Shown piece after piece: positions 28,796 through 39,315 of a stretch of DNA of 64,000 nucleotides. The notes below the pieces were generated by a model, which did not search any database, was not told where the DNA came from, and was given only the letters and a program-made list of their open reading frames with translations. Each line of letters begins with the position of its first letter. Position 1 is the stretch's first letter. The translations under genes and the position numbers were made by a program. Source of the stretch: a virus (lineage: Duplodnaviria > Caudoviricetes); the IMG/VR virus record IMGVR_UViG_3300005714_000005, positions 41,751-105,750 of that record; one strand, 5' to 3'.

Positions 28796-29623
28796 GTGAT
28801 TTTTATGCTATACGATACAACAATTTCAATCAAGTCGAAAAATTTCATATTCCTAAATGAGAGAAAGAAAGTCCTTATGTCATTTGATGATGACTTCATT
28901 TTCTCAATTGGAAATCAAAACAAAAATCTAGTGATAGATTATATGCAATTCTTAGCCTATACGGATTTGACTCTAAAGACTTGTACCAATATCAAATACA
29001 ACATCACATTATTCTTTACTTGGAATCGTGACCATAACAAATGCAAAAATTTCAAACAGATTACAATGAGTCAAGCTAGAGAGTTTTTCCTATGGGTGAA
29101 AGATAATGGGTATTCATACACTAGAGCAAAAATCATGCGTACAGATATTGTAGGATTAGCAGACTTTGGAGAGTTTGTATTAGGTCGTGAGCCATTTAGC
29201 AAAGGAAATATGACTAACCAATGGTATGGATATACGAACTTTTGGCGAGAAGTTGATATTATGCAACGTGAAGATTTAAGCAAATTAAATGAGCCAAATA
29301 GTGTATCATTTCCAAAGGAAAAGTTAGAAACGTTGAGAATGTATTTATCAATGAAACATGACTATTTAGGATTGGTCATTTTAGACTATGCTCACTTAGG
29401 TGCAGATATTTTAACTTTACGTATTGATAGTGAAGATTTCAATCCTGCCAAGAAATATACGGAGCAATATTTACGTTGGCGTGAGAGAAATGGCATTATC
29501 CTACCTGATGTGCTATTGATGAAAAATGATAATGGAGATTATATCCCAATGGGATTGGTAGAGTTGAGAGCCTATACAAGAATGTTCTCAGTCTTTCTAG
29601 GGAAGGAGTTTGTTATATGCTAA
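28796..29623 (+). CDS. Degenerate tyrosine-recombinase-family protein (core-binding domain kept, catalytic C-terminus missing)
   Basis: NKNLVIDYMQFL...KTC..IKYNITLFFTW...GYSYTR SAM-like pattern; no GxR..E arginine, and the ORF ends before any HxxR or catalytic Tyr. Confidence 0.6.
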   Translation: MIFMLYDTTISIKSKNFIFLNERKKVLMSFDDDFIFSIGNQNKNLVIDYMQFLAYTDLTLKTCTNIKYNITLFFTWNRDHNKCKNFKQITMSQAREFFLWVKDNGYSYTRAKIMRTDIVGLADFGEFVLGREPFSKGNMTNQWYGYTNFWREVDIMQREDLSKLNEPNSVSFPKEKLETLRMYLSMKHDYLGLVILDYAHLGADILTLRIDSEDFNPAKKYTEQYLRWRERNGIILPDVLLMKNDNGDYIPMGLVELRAYTRMFSVFLGKEFVIC

Positions 29624-29661
29624 GAGGGGTGATTTATAAATAGAAGGGAAGTGCGTTTGCT

Positions 29662-30021
29662 TTGATAGATAATATGCCACTCATTGAGGAACGATTACTA
29701 GACTATGGTGTGTTGGGGATAATTTGTATTATTTTAATCATAGCTATTGTTTGCTTATATACGAGACAACAGAAATTCATGGAAGAAAGACAAGAAGCTA
29801 TGGAAGCACGAATGGACAAAATTGAACTAAACCAAAGAGAGACAAATGAAACGTTTAGTAGGGTAGTCGAAATTTTTACAGCAACAACCAAGAATTTTGA
29901 GGGGCAAAATAGTCTGCTCAATGATATGAAAATGCAAAATGAAAAAGTCCAATGGGAACTTGGCGTAATTAATCAAAAGGTTGACAAGATTCAAGAGAAA
30001 CAAGATAAACTAACCAAATAG
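29662..30021 (+). CDS. BhlA/UviB-like holin or lysis membrane protein
   Basis: Single N-terminal TM helix (YGVLGIICIILIIAIVCLY) plus coiled coil, within the lysis module. Confidence 0.6.
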   Translation: MIDNMPLIEERLLDYGVLGIICIILIIAIVCLYTRQQKFMEERQEAMEARMDKIELNQRETNETFSRVVEIFTATTKNFEGQNSLLNDMKMQNEKVQWELGVINQKVDKIQEKQDKLTK

Positions 30022-30039
30022 GATTAAGGAGAATTTGAA

Positions 30040-30285
30040 GTGGTAAAGACCAAAGAAAATCACAGAAACAAAAAGAAAACACCTCGTACTCATGAGGAAT
30101 TGGATTTTAGTAAGTTTAACGATATAGTTAAACATAAAACTAAACCAAACTACAAAGGTAAAGAACGTACTTTACTCGATAAAGAGCGTGAAGAACGAGG
30201 AGATTTCAAGAAACATAAGGGGAAACAAAATAAGCAAAGCAGTAAGAATGGGTACAAAGGCAATAAACCGAAATATAATAAATAA
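30040..30285 (+). CDS. Small highly basic protein
   Basis: 81 aa, Lys-rich, AAGGAG RBS, GTG start. Confidence 0.6.
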   Translation: MVKTKENHRNKKKTPRTHEELDFSKFNDIVKHKTKPNYKGKERTLLDKEREERGDFKKHKGKQNKQSSKNGYKGNKPKYNK

Positions 30286-30287
30286 AT

Positions 30288-30334
30288 CAAAAGGGATAGA
30301 TACTTTAATTAGTGTCTATCCCTTACCTTTTTTG
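30288..30334. terminator. Terminator at the convergence of the late and early arms
   Basis: AAGGGATAGATAC/GTGTCTATCCCTT flanked by A and T tracts. Confidence 0.85.
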
Positions 30335-30338
30335 CGTT

Positions 30339-31163
30339 TTACATTGTAAAATATTTAATTAAATCATCGTGGAATAAATCAATTGCTTGTTGGGTTACTT
30401 TACTTGAGTTAAAGTAAACTTTACCGTATTCACAAAGAAAATTATTGGCACGAATTTTTATTTTTTTATCTTGATGGTCATATTGAATATAATATTTAGA
30501 TTGACTAGAATCATTCCAATCAATCTCATTCCCACTATTCTCATCACTAAAGCGTTGTAACTTGCGGAATAAAGTTTGCTTGAAATCAATTTCCTCTGCT
30601 TTTTCTTTAGTTGAAAAATAGTTGGCTCTATCGTACATATCATCGCAAGTCGCATCATTAAGCTCCCACAAGTCACCAAAATCTCGGCTATTGATAATGG
30701 TGAATTTCTCCTCCTTGCTTTCGTCAACTCGTTCCCAACCTGTTAAATTCTTAGGCTCAATATATTCTTCATATTTGGCAGAGAAACTGAAGTTGCTATC
30801 AATATACCACTTAGCTTCATCATCAAAATAATTTTTATAGTAGACATATCCTTCTTCAATTTTGTAAATAAGGATACCACCTATTTCAAGTACCATTTTA
30901 CCTTCTTTCATTAAATCAACAGCTTCAAGCCCACTTAATGTTTTATTATCTTCTTTCATATCTTTCTCCTCACTTTCATTAACAATTTCAAATTTCCAAA
31001 GGCGACCATTTAAAGTAACTTCTGACTTATTTCCACGATTATTCATAACCAAATACCAATTTCTGCAAAAACTATCTGTTTCGACAAACACACCCTCATA
31101 AATATCGCCAACTGTGAAGAATACATTATCACTATTTTTACTATAAGTACACTTAAATTTCAT
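30339..31163 (-). CDS. Hypothetical mosaic phage protein
   Basis: 274 aa, AGGAGAG RBS. Confidence 0.7.
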   Translation of the reverse strand: MKFKCTYSKNSDNVFFTVGDIYEGVFVETDSFCRNWYLVMNNRGNKSEVTLNGRLWKFEIVNESEEKDMKEDNKTLSGLEAVDLMKEGKMVLEIGGILIYKIEEGYVYYKNYFDDEAKWYIDSNFSFSAKYEEYIEPKNLTGWERVDESKEEKFTIINSRDFGDLWELNDATCDDMYDRANYFSTKEKAEEIDFKQTLFRKLQRFSDENSGNEIDWNDSSQSKYYIQYDHQDKKIKIRANNFLCEYGKVYFNSSKVTQQAIDLFHDDLIKYFTM

Positions 31164-31202
31164 ATGTATCTCTCCTTTTTAGTTGACTAGGGAATTTTAA
31201 CC

Positions 31203-32006
31203 CTAGTCAATGTATTCCCATCTGCAACCGAGATATGTCTTTCTTTCTCCTCGGCAAACTCGTCTTATTCCTTGCTTTGCCAATTTAGGGTTGTCAAATT
31301 GCTTGCTTGCAACATTAACATTTGTAAATTCTTCACCAGTTTCAACATTTCTTACTTTCCTCATTTTGGCTTCTGTGCGAATCCTATAATTTTTGTACTC
31401 TTCTTCTCCCATTTTTCTTCCTTTGTTCGCTTTTGAAATCTTCTCTTTTGTTTCTTCTGTATGTCTTATCCCCTTACGAGCCTCAGACATTCTCTTTCTA
31501 GCTTCTTCGCTTATGGGATTCTGTTTATAATATTCTTTTAAGCCCTTTGATATATTTTCTGCGTGTTGTTTCGTCTTGGGTTTCTTATTGCTTTTTGAAA
31601 TCTTGTCTTTTTGTTCTTGCGGCATTACATAGCCTTTATGAGAATTAGACAATCTCCTTCTTTCTTCTTCGGAAAATTTATAGCCTTTAACTCCTTGACC
31701 GCCAACAGTTAAATTGTATCCGTTTGGCTCAAAAGTGTTTAATTGACGTATATAGAATATTTCTTTTTCATGTAATTCTTCTCTACTATACCCAATGTCC
31801 AATTCCTCAATAGTGAAATTCTTTTCGCCAAATTCTTTTATCGCTTTATGAATAAGCGTATCTACTTTTTTATGTTTATGTTTTAAGAATCTTTCTCTTA
31901 GAGTTTTTGTTGTTTGTCCAACATATCGCTTCCCATTTAGCAAGTTGGTTATTACATAAACTCTGCCATATACATTTTGTCCTTTCTCTGTACTCAACCT
32001 TTCCAA
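31203..32006 (-). CDS. Free-standing GIY-YIG homing endonuclease with NUMOD3 repeats
   Basis: RVYVITNLLNGKRYVGQT, GYNLTVGG, HTEETKEKISKANKG. Confidence 0.9.
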   Translation of the reverse strand: MERLSTEKGQNVYGRVYVITNLLNGKRYVGQTTKTLRERFLKHKHKKVDTLIHKAIKEFGEKNFTIEELDIGYSREELHEKEIFYIRQLNTFEPNGYNLTVGGQGVKGYKFSEEERRRLSNSHKGYVMPQEQKDKISKSNKKPKTKQHAENISKGLKEYYKQNPISEEARKRMSEARKGIRHTEETKEKISKANKGRKMGEEEYKNYRIRTEAKMRKVRNVETGEEFTNVNVASKQFDNPKLAKQGIRRVCRGERKTYLGCRWEYID

Positions 32007-32668
32007 CCCTTTCTAATAAATTTCCAATCCACACCCTCAATATCAAGTTCGATATTGGGCGAAGAAACCCACAAATCAATCTTGTTAGCAGTATCGCAAG
32101 CAGAACAAGCATCAAGAATAATCGCATTCTTAACTTCTCCACTTGGGAATTTCATCTCAATGATTGATCCGTAGATATTCCATATTCCCTTATCATTTTG
32201 CCCGCTAGCCATAACTTCATTTAAACTAATAGCAACTATCCGAGCATAACCATATTCTTCATCATCATAATGGAAAATGCCATCAATATTTTCTATCTTG
32301 GGGCTAGTATAATAAAATCCTGCTCCAACTGATTTTTCATTTTCAAATGTTCCATAATACGTTTGACGATAACCTCTACGATTAAAACTATCTAACCATT
32401 CTTGATATTGACGTTCTTTTTCTTCTTCTGCTAATCGAATAGCCTCTTGTTCTTCTGCATATTCATAATATCCTTGCACATATTCTAGTGTATCCAAGTC
32501 AAGAAGCTCACGAGAATAACTAGGTGCAAGAATATCCTCTATGATTTGCTCTATTTGTTTTTCCTCAACTTGGGAGTATGGTAAACTCCGTTGGGTGGCA
32601 TCTTCAGACACCACACTATCTTGACATAAAGTTGCAGATAGTGCTATACAAAGTGGCACACTTACCAT
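31994..32668 (-). CDS. Exported 3D/DPBB-like cell-wall-acting protein
   Basis: Signal-peptide-like N-terminus; TYY...IVA...YGSIIE...ILDAC...IDLWV pattern. Confidence 0.55.
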   Translation of the reverse strand: MVSVPLCIALSATLCQDSVVSEDATQRSLPYSQVEEKQIEQIIEDILAPSYSRELLDLDTLEYVQGYYEYAEEQEAIRLAEEEKERQYQEWLDSFNRRGYRQTYYGTFENEKSVGAGFYYTSPKIENIDGIFHYDDEEYGYARIVAISLNEVMASGQNDKGIWNIYGSIIEMKFPSGEVKNAIILDACSACDTANKIDLWVSSPNIELDIEGVDWKFIRKGWKG

Positions 32669-32710
32669 TGTATACCCACTCCTTTCCTTGATTTAAAATT
32701 TATTTAATGT

Positions 32711-33259
32711 TTATTTCCCACTTGAGCCTAATGCTCCTACACCTCGTTCAGAAGTGAATGTAAGTAGTTGGTCATAAGGAATTTCTGCAAGATTGAACTT
32801 AGGCACAGGTAACATAATGAATTGTGCAATTGCTTTGTTGCTTGGGTAAACCACTGTTTTATGATAAACTTTATTGAGTTGTTCAATCATGGCTTTAAAC
32901 TCATCTGTTGCAACAACTTCTGCATTTTTAACCAAAACAATAGGATAGTCATTTCCATTCCCAATCGGACAGAACCATTCACCTCGGAATGAACCCTCAA
33001 TAACACCTGAATGTTGTGTCATATTTTGAGTTCCTGTTGAACCACGTTCTTTCAAGATTGCTACATAATCAGTAGAGAAACAAGTTGCAATACCTGTTGG
33101 AATTAATTCTACCTCATGTGGTTTGATTACAAGATAATCTGCATTTAGACAAGCATAAATGTCATAACCTGCATCACAATCACGTTTAGATGGAATAATT
33201 GCTTCAGGCTTAACCTTTGCGAATAAAATTGTATCATTGCTTACTGTTGCTAAATTCAT
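32711..33259 (-). CDS. dut: dUTPase (trimeric type; start revised to 33259)
   Basis: AGYDI, ERGS, GVIEGSFRGE, IAQ, ERGVGALGSSG motifs. Confidence 0.93.
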   Translation of the reverse strand: MNLATVSNDTILFAKVKPEAIIPSKRDCDAGYDIYACLNADYLVIKPHEVELIPTGIATCFSTDYVAILKERGSTGTQNMTQHSGVIEGSFRGEWFCPIGNGNDYPIVLVKNAEVVATDEFKAMIEQLNKVYHKTVVYPSNKAIAQFIMLPVPKFNLAEIPYDQLLTFTSERGVGALGSSGK

Positions 33260-33313
33260 ATGTATCATTTCCTTTCCTGTATTAATATTCCCACCAACCA
33301 CCCTACATTTAAT

Positions 33314-33342
33314 ATTATAAACTATTGAAATATAAATGTCAA
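33314..33342 (-). promoter_or_regulatory. Sigma-A promoter
   Basis: TTGACA-17-TATAAT. Confidence 0.85.
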
Positions 33343-33361
33343 CTATTTTGTTAAAATATTT

Positions 33362-33988
33362 TTAGTTTTCGATAATAATCCACTTATCTGTGATTTCATA
33401 GTATGCCAAGTCGGTAACTTCCCAATATGAAAATTCATCGCCATAAGAACGTTTTAAGCTATCATTGTGTAGCTTATAGTAAAATCCTGTTAAGTCAGAT
33501 TTGATAATCTTTCCTTCCTCTAATGCAAGTTGAGCTTCTTGAAAATCTACTTGTTTCACCTCTTGTTTCTTGAAGAATAAATCCTTATTTGTTAAACTTA
33601 AACAACCTGATTTATCCCCAATTCTAAGGATTCCTTCTTCACAATTAATGAATTTATTCCCACACTCATAAATCTCACCCTCTTGAATGTTGTTGATTAC
33701 TTCTCGCCAAGTGAGAGAAGTTTTATCTTTGTCAATATCTCTAACCCATGTTACTGTTGTATGATGTCCTGGCTCTCTACCAAAAACAAGACTACTAATC
33801 TCGTGTTCAAAATAAATAGGCTCTCCCTCAAAATAGTTCTTTTTCGTAGGTTTATCACCTGAAACCCATGAATACCCGTATTCTTCGCATTCAATTAAAA
33901 AATCTTTCATATCATCTTCTGTAACACACTTAACCTCAAATTCTCCATTTTCAAATCCTAACCAATTAAAGTATTTCATATATATCAT
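33362..33988 (-). CDS. Hypothetical mosaic phage protein
   Basis: 208 aa, AAGGAG RBS. Confidence 0.7.
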   Translation of the reverse strand: MIYMKYFNWLGFENGEFEVKCVTEDDMKDFLIECEEYGYSWVSGDKPTKKNYFEGEPIYFEHEISSLVFGREPGHHTTVTWVRDIDKDKTSLTWREVINNIQEGEIYECGNKFINCEEGILRIGDKSGCLSLTNKDLFFKKQEVKQVDFQEAQLALEEGKIIKSDLTGFYYKLHNDSLKRSYGDEFSYWEVTDLAYYEITDKWIIIEN

Positions 33989-33993
33989 TCTCC

Positions 33994-34629
33994 TTATTTA
34001 TTATATTTATATGTATTGGTAATTTCATGGTAGCACGATTGACAAGTTGACATATAGTAGTCATCACCCTCAATGTCACCAACTTGAATAGCATCTCCCT
34101 CGCATAAAGGTTGACCATTGATATATCTCACATGAGTTGTCGCTTTATTTGTACAATTCTTAATCGAACATTTACTTTTGATTTCTTCTGTACTATCTGC
34201 TAAGACTAGCAACTCTTGGCTAGCTTCAAATAGTTCATTAAGGTAGCTTGTCTTTAGTCCATAGCAGAATACCTTGACATTATATCGACTACGAGTTAAT
34301 TCCCACAATTGTTGAATATGCTCTTTGGTAGCAAAATTAATTTCATCTACAAAGATACACACATCGTCAAGTTTACCACCTTGAGACAAATGTTGCCCCA
34401 TTAGAGAGAATACAAACTTAAACAAGTTAGTATCTTTATCAAATACATGACATGGCAACTCACTCTTGATTGCACGAGATTTAATTGTATTCTCTGAGCG
34501 AGTATCAATTGATGGTTTCAACACGAATGTCGTTGATCCCGATTGCTCAAATTGATGTTGCTTACAGATGAGTTGTCCACTTTTTAGGCTAGACATTGTG
34601 CCATAGAAATAGTATAATTTACCTTTCAT
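33994..34629 (-). CDS. tdk: Thymidine kinase
   Basis: YGTMSSLKS P-loop, KPSIDTR, FVDEINF, YGL, C-terminal Zn-binding cysteines. Confidence 0.92.
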   Translation of the reverse strand: MKGKLYYFYGTMSSLKSGQLICKQHQFEQSGSTTFVLKPSIDTRSENTIKSRAIKSELPCHVFDKDTNLFKFVFSLMGQHLSQGGKLDDVCIFVDEINFATKEHIQQLWELTRSRYNVKVFCYGLKTSYLNELFEASQELLVLADSTEEIKSKCSIKNCTNKATTHVRYINGQPLCEGDAIQVGDIEGDDYYMSTCQSCYHEITNTYKYNK

Positions 34630-34666
34630 GTTTTCCTCCTGATATTATGACTTGTTTTATATTTAT

Positions 34667-34696
34667 ATTATATACTATAAGTTTATAAATGTCAAC
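34667..34696 (-). promoter_or_regulatory. Sigma-A promoter with dyad over the -35
   Basis: TTGACA-17-TATAAT; plus strand GTTTAT-AAAT-GTCAAC. Confidence 0.85.
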
Positions 34697-34702
34697 CATT
34701 TT

Positions 34703-35320
34703 TTATATTTTATATGTATAATTTAATCCCATTAGATTACTCAACTTTTGCTTCAATTGTACTTCTTTCTTGCGAAGATATGAATTGGTATTCAATCCCA
34801 TTAATACACGTAACTCATCTCGACTGACTTGCTTAATGTATTTATAGTAGAATAGCTTTTGCTCGCTGTTGTTAAGTTGCTCATAAGCCCACCAAATATT
34901 TTTATCTCCATCGTTGAGAATATATTCATAATCATTCAATCCGTTGTGTAGATAATCTTCAATTGTTCCATCTTCACTTCCACTTTTGCCAAACACAGGG
35001 GTTGCAATTGAGATAGTTAAATCACTAGGAACTCGTTTAGCTCTACCTCGTCTATCAAACTCGTGCGATAACTCTCCCCTAACTTTCCAATAAACATGGG
35101 TAGAGAATTTAGCTTCTTTACTACAATCAAAAGTATCAATTGCTTTAATAACACCCATGTAGCATATACTTGCTAAATCTTCGTCAAATACCCCATCATT
35201 GTGGGCAATAACAGTTTTTCTAATCATACCTTTAACAGACAGGAAAAGTTGAGTTTTAGCGTCTTCATCTCCCCTCTGTGCTTTACTCACCATTTCATTT
35301 GTAACTTCAATTTGTTCCAT
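34703..35320 (-). CDS. Phage-encoded sigma-70 family factor (sporulation SigF/SigG-like)
   Basis: AQRGDEDAK, EDL...MGVIKAIDTFD..KEAKFSTHVYWKVRGE region 2; degenerate region 4. Confidence 0.85.
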   Translation of the reverse strand: MEQIEVTNEMVSKAQRGDEDAKTQLFLSVKGMIRKTVIAHNDGVFDEDLASICYMGVIKAIDTFDCSKEAKFSTHVYWKVRGELSHEFDRRGRAKRVPSDLTISIATPVFGKSGSEDGTIEDYLHNGLNDYEYILNDGDKNIWWAYEQLNNSEQKLFYYKYIKQVSRDELRVLMGLNTNSYLRKKEVQLKQKLSNLMGLNYTYKI

Positions 35321-35359
35321 CTTTCATTTCCTCCATTTATTATCTTATTGACATTTATA

Positions 35360-35400
35360 ATTATAAACAAAAAGAGTAGAAAAGTCAACCCTTTCTACTC
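35360..35400 (-). promoter_or_regulatory. Sigma-A promoter overlapping the upstream operon terminator
   Basis: TTGACT-17-TATAAT embedded in a GAGTAGAAA/TTTCTACTC plus T5 hairpin. Confidence 0.75.
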
Positions 35401-35408
35401 AAAATAGT

Positions 35409-35720
35409 TTATAAAATTTCAACTTCTTCGTCAAGATTATCAATTACATATTCAATAACTTCGTCTATGTCATCTTCACTACCCATATATTCACCGTCCC
35501 AAGTATAGTGAGTTACAGTAAAAGTTTCGATGTCATTAGCCCCAAGAAAACAATCTTGACAATAGTATAAGTCACCCTGTTTGTAATGTGCTAGCGTAAG
35601 ATTACATGAAGAACACTCATACCCATACTCTTCACAATCCCCTTGAATTGGTGGGGTTACCCTTTTGAAACATTCTTCTCTATGATACCAATAGCAATTT
35701 TCACAGTTCTTCATTCTCAT
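35409..35720 (-). CDS. Small Cys-rich (Zn-binding) protein
   Basis: Several CxxC motifs. Confidence 0.65.
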   Translation of the reverse strand: MRMKNCENCYWYHREECFKRVTPPIQGDCEEYGYECSSCNLTLAHYKQGDLYYCQDCFLGANDIETFTVTHYTWDGEYMGSEDDIDEVIEYVIDNLDEEVEIL

Positions 35721-35726
35721 CTCTCC

Positions 35727-36230
35727 TTAATTATTTAATTCATGTAATACAACTTCGCCTTTAGCTAGTGATTGTTGGATATCAATAATTCGTTGGTTAC
35801 TAGAACCACGATAGTTTAACTTGGGATTATACAATTCTTGCACAAACTCCCCATCAACCAAGACATCTAAGTATTGGCTCAACTCAAGCAACTTAACTTC
35901 TTCGGCTTGTTTATTGCTCCATAGCCATATTTTAACAGTTGGTAATTCTGTTTTTACTCTTTTTACTAATTTTGTTAATAGAGGAATATTTACCAACTCT
36001 AGGGGTTCTCCTCCAAGTATTGATAAATCCCTCTTAACAAAGTTATTGTCTTTCAATAAGGCAATAATATAGTCAATGGTATCCTCTGTGAATGGTTTGC
36101 CCAATTTAAAATCCCATGTTTCTTTGTTGAAACAATGGGGGCAACGCTTTGAGCAACCTTGCACCCAAAGACTTACTCTTATTCCTGTTCCATTGGTAGT
36201 GTCAAACTCCTTTATTCTATTGTATCTCAT
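35727..36230 (-). CDS. nrdG: Anaerobic ribonucleotide reductase activase
   Basis: NGTGIRVSLWVQGCSKRCPHCFN, LGGEP, RGSSNQR. Confidence 0.95.
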   Translation of the reverse strand: MRYNRIKEFDTTNGTGIRVSLWVQGCSKRCPHCFNKETWDFKLGKPFTEDTIDYIIALLKDNNFVKRDLSILGGEPLELVNIPLLTKLVKRVKTELPTVKIWLWSNKQAEEVKLLELSQYLDVLVDGEFVQELYNPKLNYRGSSNQRIIDIQQSLAKGEVVLHELNN

Positions 36231-36239
36231 ACATATCTC

Positions 36240-39216
36240 CTATAAATGTTTTACTCGATTTGTAATATCAAGCATACGACTATGACACCATTTTGTTTCA
36301 GAAATATAGCCACAAGTTCGTCTTACAACAGAAAGTTTATCTTGATTCTTCTCCCCACATTGAGGACAATACCATTTTAAATCTTCGTCTACTGACATAA
36401 CTCCGTCAAAGCCACAAGTTGAACAAGTATCTGATTCGGTATTGATTTCTGCATAGATATTATTTTCATACATAAATTGAAGTAATTGAACCACAGCAGG
36501 AATGTTATGAGTCATATTATCAATCTCAATATATGTTATAGTTCCACCTAGACTATATTGAGCAAACTCTTGTTCACGCTTTAATTTTTCAAAAGCATTG
36601 ATGTGTTGTTTAATATCAATATGATAACTATTGATTAAATAACCCTTATCTGTAATTCCTTCAATATCTCCAAATTGTTGTTGCAACTTATCTGAGAATT
36701 GACCTGCGGTTGACTCGCTCGGTGTCCCATAAAGAGCGAACAATAATCCTGTTTCTTTTTTGATTTTATCTTTGTAGTCATTCATAAATTGCATAATCTC
36801 TAAAGCAAAGGCACGACCTTCTTCCTCGACTAAAGTGTGTCCTGTCATATATTTAACAGTTTCATGTAGACCAATATAGCCAATAGTTACCGTAAAATTA
36901 CGCTCATCAATTGCCTTGATAATATCATCTTCAGGGTTTAATCGAGCAATTGCTCCATACTGCCATAAGATAGGGGCAGTTTTTGCTTTTACGCCTTTCA
37001 TCTTTTCATAACGCAAAATTCCCATTTCTTTGCTTAAATCCATGCGATTTGCTAAAATGCTAAAGAATTTGTCTTTATCTTTTTTTGAAGTTAAAGCAAC
37101 ATGAGGTAATGAGATTGTTGTCACACCTAAATTCCCACGACCATACATATCAAATGTACCATCTTTACGTTGAACGGGTGTTAAAAAAGCTCTACATCCC
37201 CGATACGTTCAACTAGACTCGCTAGGTCTAGCCAGTTCTCACATGAACTTCTATGTGTCACCACATAGTCCAGACTATATCACATTCTTATACTCCATTA
37301 GCAAATATAAGAATCCCACCGTTTCCACTCGCTCGAGTGTACTCTACTTGCTTCTTCATTTAAGTATTTCTCTTAAATTATGCTTTCGATAGTCGTTTGG
37401 CATTTCTATTTGTTGCTACCATTTACTTTAATTTTCAATATACTCTATGCTAAGAATTCCATGATTTCTATATCCCATTGTTTTCTTTTGTAACCAATGT
37501 TTCACACAGCCATCTGTAACTCCAAGTATATCTGCTAGTTGTTGTTTGAAATCAAAATCAGCAACCTTTCCATTTTCAAACTCCACTCTAAATGGTTTAT
37601 ATTCTTTTGTGTTTATTTCTTTTCTACTGTGTCTCTCGTTTTCTAATCTTGATGTCCATTCTAGGTTTTCGATTGAATTGTTTGACTTATCTCCATCAAT
37701 ATGATTAACTTCATCATAATTATTTGGATTATCTATAAAGTGTAATGCAACTAATCTATGTCTAAAAAATCTCTGTTTTCTATTTGTCTTTTTGTCATAT
37801 AAACAGACTCTATAATATCCACCATTGTTTATGTCGCCCTTTATTTTATTTTTTGTTTTAATATTCAATACTTCACCATTTTGATTCACACAGTATAAAT
37901 CTTCCCAATCTTTAATTGGTTTCCACATATGTTTCACCTCACTTTTTTGAGGTAGCAACAAATAATTTAGCACAGGATTATCTTAATTGTAAGACGTTCC
38001 CTGTTTAGATGGGTTTTCGATAAGTGTCACCACTTAAAGGCACAAGTTACTTTATGCAAGGATAAGCAGTTCCATATAATTCTTTCATCACTCTAACACT
38101 AATGTAGTCAGGTGATAAACGTTTAGCAGTAGATAAAGCACTTAATTCAGTCAGATAGTAATATTTACTACCCCCATATGTATTATTTTCATCTAAGAAA
38201 TAAAGTAGCTTAGGGAATGTTTGAGAAGTCTTTATTCCAAACTCATTTTCAATTCCTTTAATTCGTTGTTTTAAAAACTCCTCAATTAGCATAGCAGTTT
38301 CTTCTTCATACTCAGGATTCTCAGAAATATACATTGCTAGAGAAACAAAAGGTGCTTGACCATTTGTACCTGAAATCGTTGAGATTTGATAGTTAAATAA
38401 TTGAACTGAGTGCTTGATTTCACGTTTTAAGCGTTTCATTACTACTTCTTCAAAATTGTCACATGCTAGACCATCTTCAATTAATTCTCGTTTAATTCGC
38501 TCCTTCTCAATGCGAACAAAAGGGGCTAAATGACTCAACGTCATAGTTTGCCCTCCATAAGTGCAACTTGACACTTGGGCAGATATTTGAGTTGCAACTG
38601 TCATGGCAGTTCTTAAAGATTTTGGTTTACGAATTGCCTTCTTGTTGATAACAGTTCCGTTTTGCAACATATCTTCAAGGTTAATAAGCTCACAATTGTA
38701 AATACCATTCATATAGTAATCAAGGTCGTGTATCTTAATTGCCCCCATGTTGTGTGCTTGTACAATATGAGGAGGTATCATATAATTTGTAGCAACGATT
38801 TTACTAACTTCACCTGCAATTAAGTCACGTTGGGTAGAAGCCAATTCTGCTTGTTTGTTTGAATTTTCAGACATTACATCTTCATTTGTCATCTCTACCA
38901 ATCCAATAACACTTTGAATTAGCTTATCATTCTTATTAGTACGCTTGTATGACTGAACTGAACGATAACCCTCATATGCTCGTGCCACTTCCATTCGGTC
39001 AAATTCAATTAAGCACTCAAATACCTTTTTCTCAACATCGTAGATAGAAGGAGTGTTTTTTGCTAGTTCAAAGCAATCCTCAATTTGAGTAGCAACTTCT
39101 TTAGCAATATCTTCTTCAATATAGCCAACACCATATTTCATGGCTTTGATAATTGCTACCTCAATTTTTGTTTTGTCGAATTGAACAGTTTCTCCATTTC
39201 GTTTAATAATCTGCAT
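36240..39216 (-). CDS. nrdD: Class III ribonucleotide reductase, spliced join(39216..38054,37200..36240), 707 aa
   Basis: ATP cone; splicing restores YPC-MGCRAFL; GRGNLG, TPSE, RRTCGY glycyl-radical motif. Confidence 0.95.
37201..38053 (-). mobile_element. Group I intron in nrdD (853 nt)
   Basis: Exon 1 ends in U (TGC AT), intron ends in G, R element AACGACTA and S element GATATAGTC. Confidence 0.92.
37428..37928 (-). CDS. Intron-encoded NUMOD4-HNH endonuclease (start revised to 37928)
   Basis: MWKPIKDWEDLY, RHRLVA, VNHIDGDKSNN..ENLEW; GAGGTG RBS. Confidence 0.9.
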   Translation of the reverse strand: MWKPIKDWEDLYCVNQNGEVLNIKTKNKIKGDINNGGYYRVCLYDKKTNRKQRFFRHRLVALHFIDNPNNYDEVNHIDGDKSNNSIENLEWTSRLENERHSRKEINTKEYKPFRVEFENGKVADFDFKQQLADILGVTDGCVKHWLQKKTMGYRNHGILSIEYIEN

Positions 39217-39269
39217 ATCATCATTCCTTTCTTATTAAAAACTCCACCCTACCACCCTTTACATTTATA

Positions 39270-39300
39270 ATTATATACTTAAAGTTGATAAATGTAAACT
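39270..39300 (-). promoter_or_regulatory. Sigma-A promoter with dyad
   Basis: TTTACA-17-TATAAT; AGTTGAT-AAAT-GTAAACT. Confidence 0.8.
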
Positions 39301-39315
39301 AAATTAGTCAACTTT

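Noticed and set aside
28796-29623. Functional prophage integrase with an att site
   Set aside because: Catalytic residues are missing and no host-phage junction is present in the window
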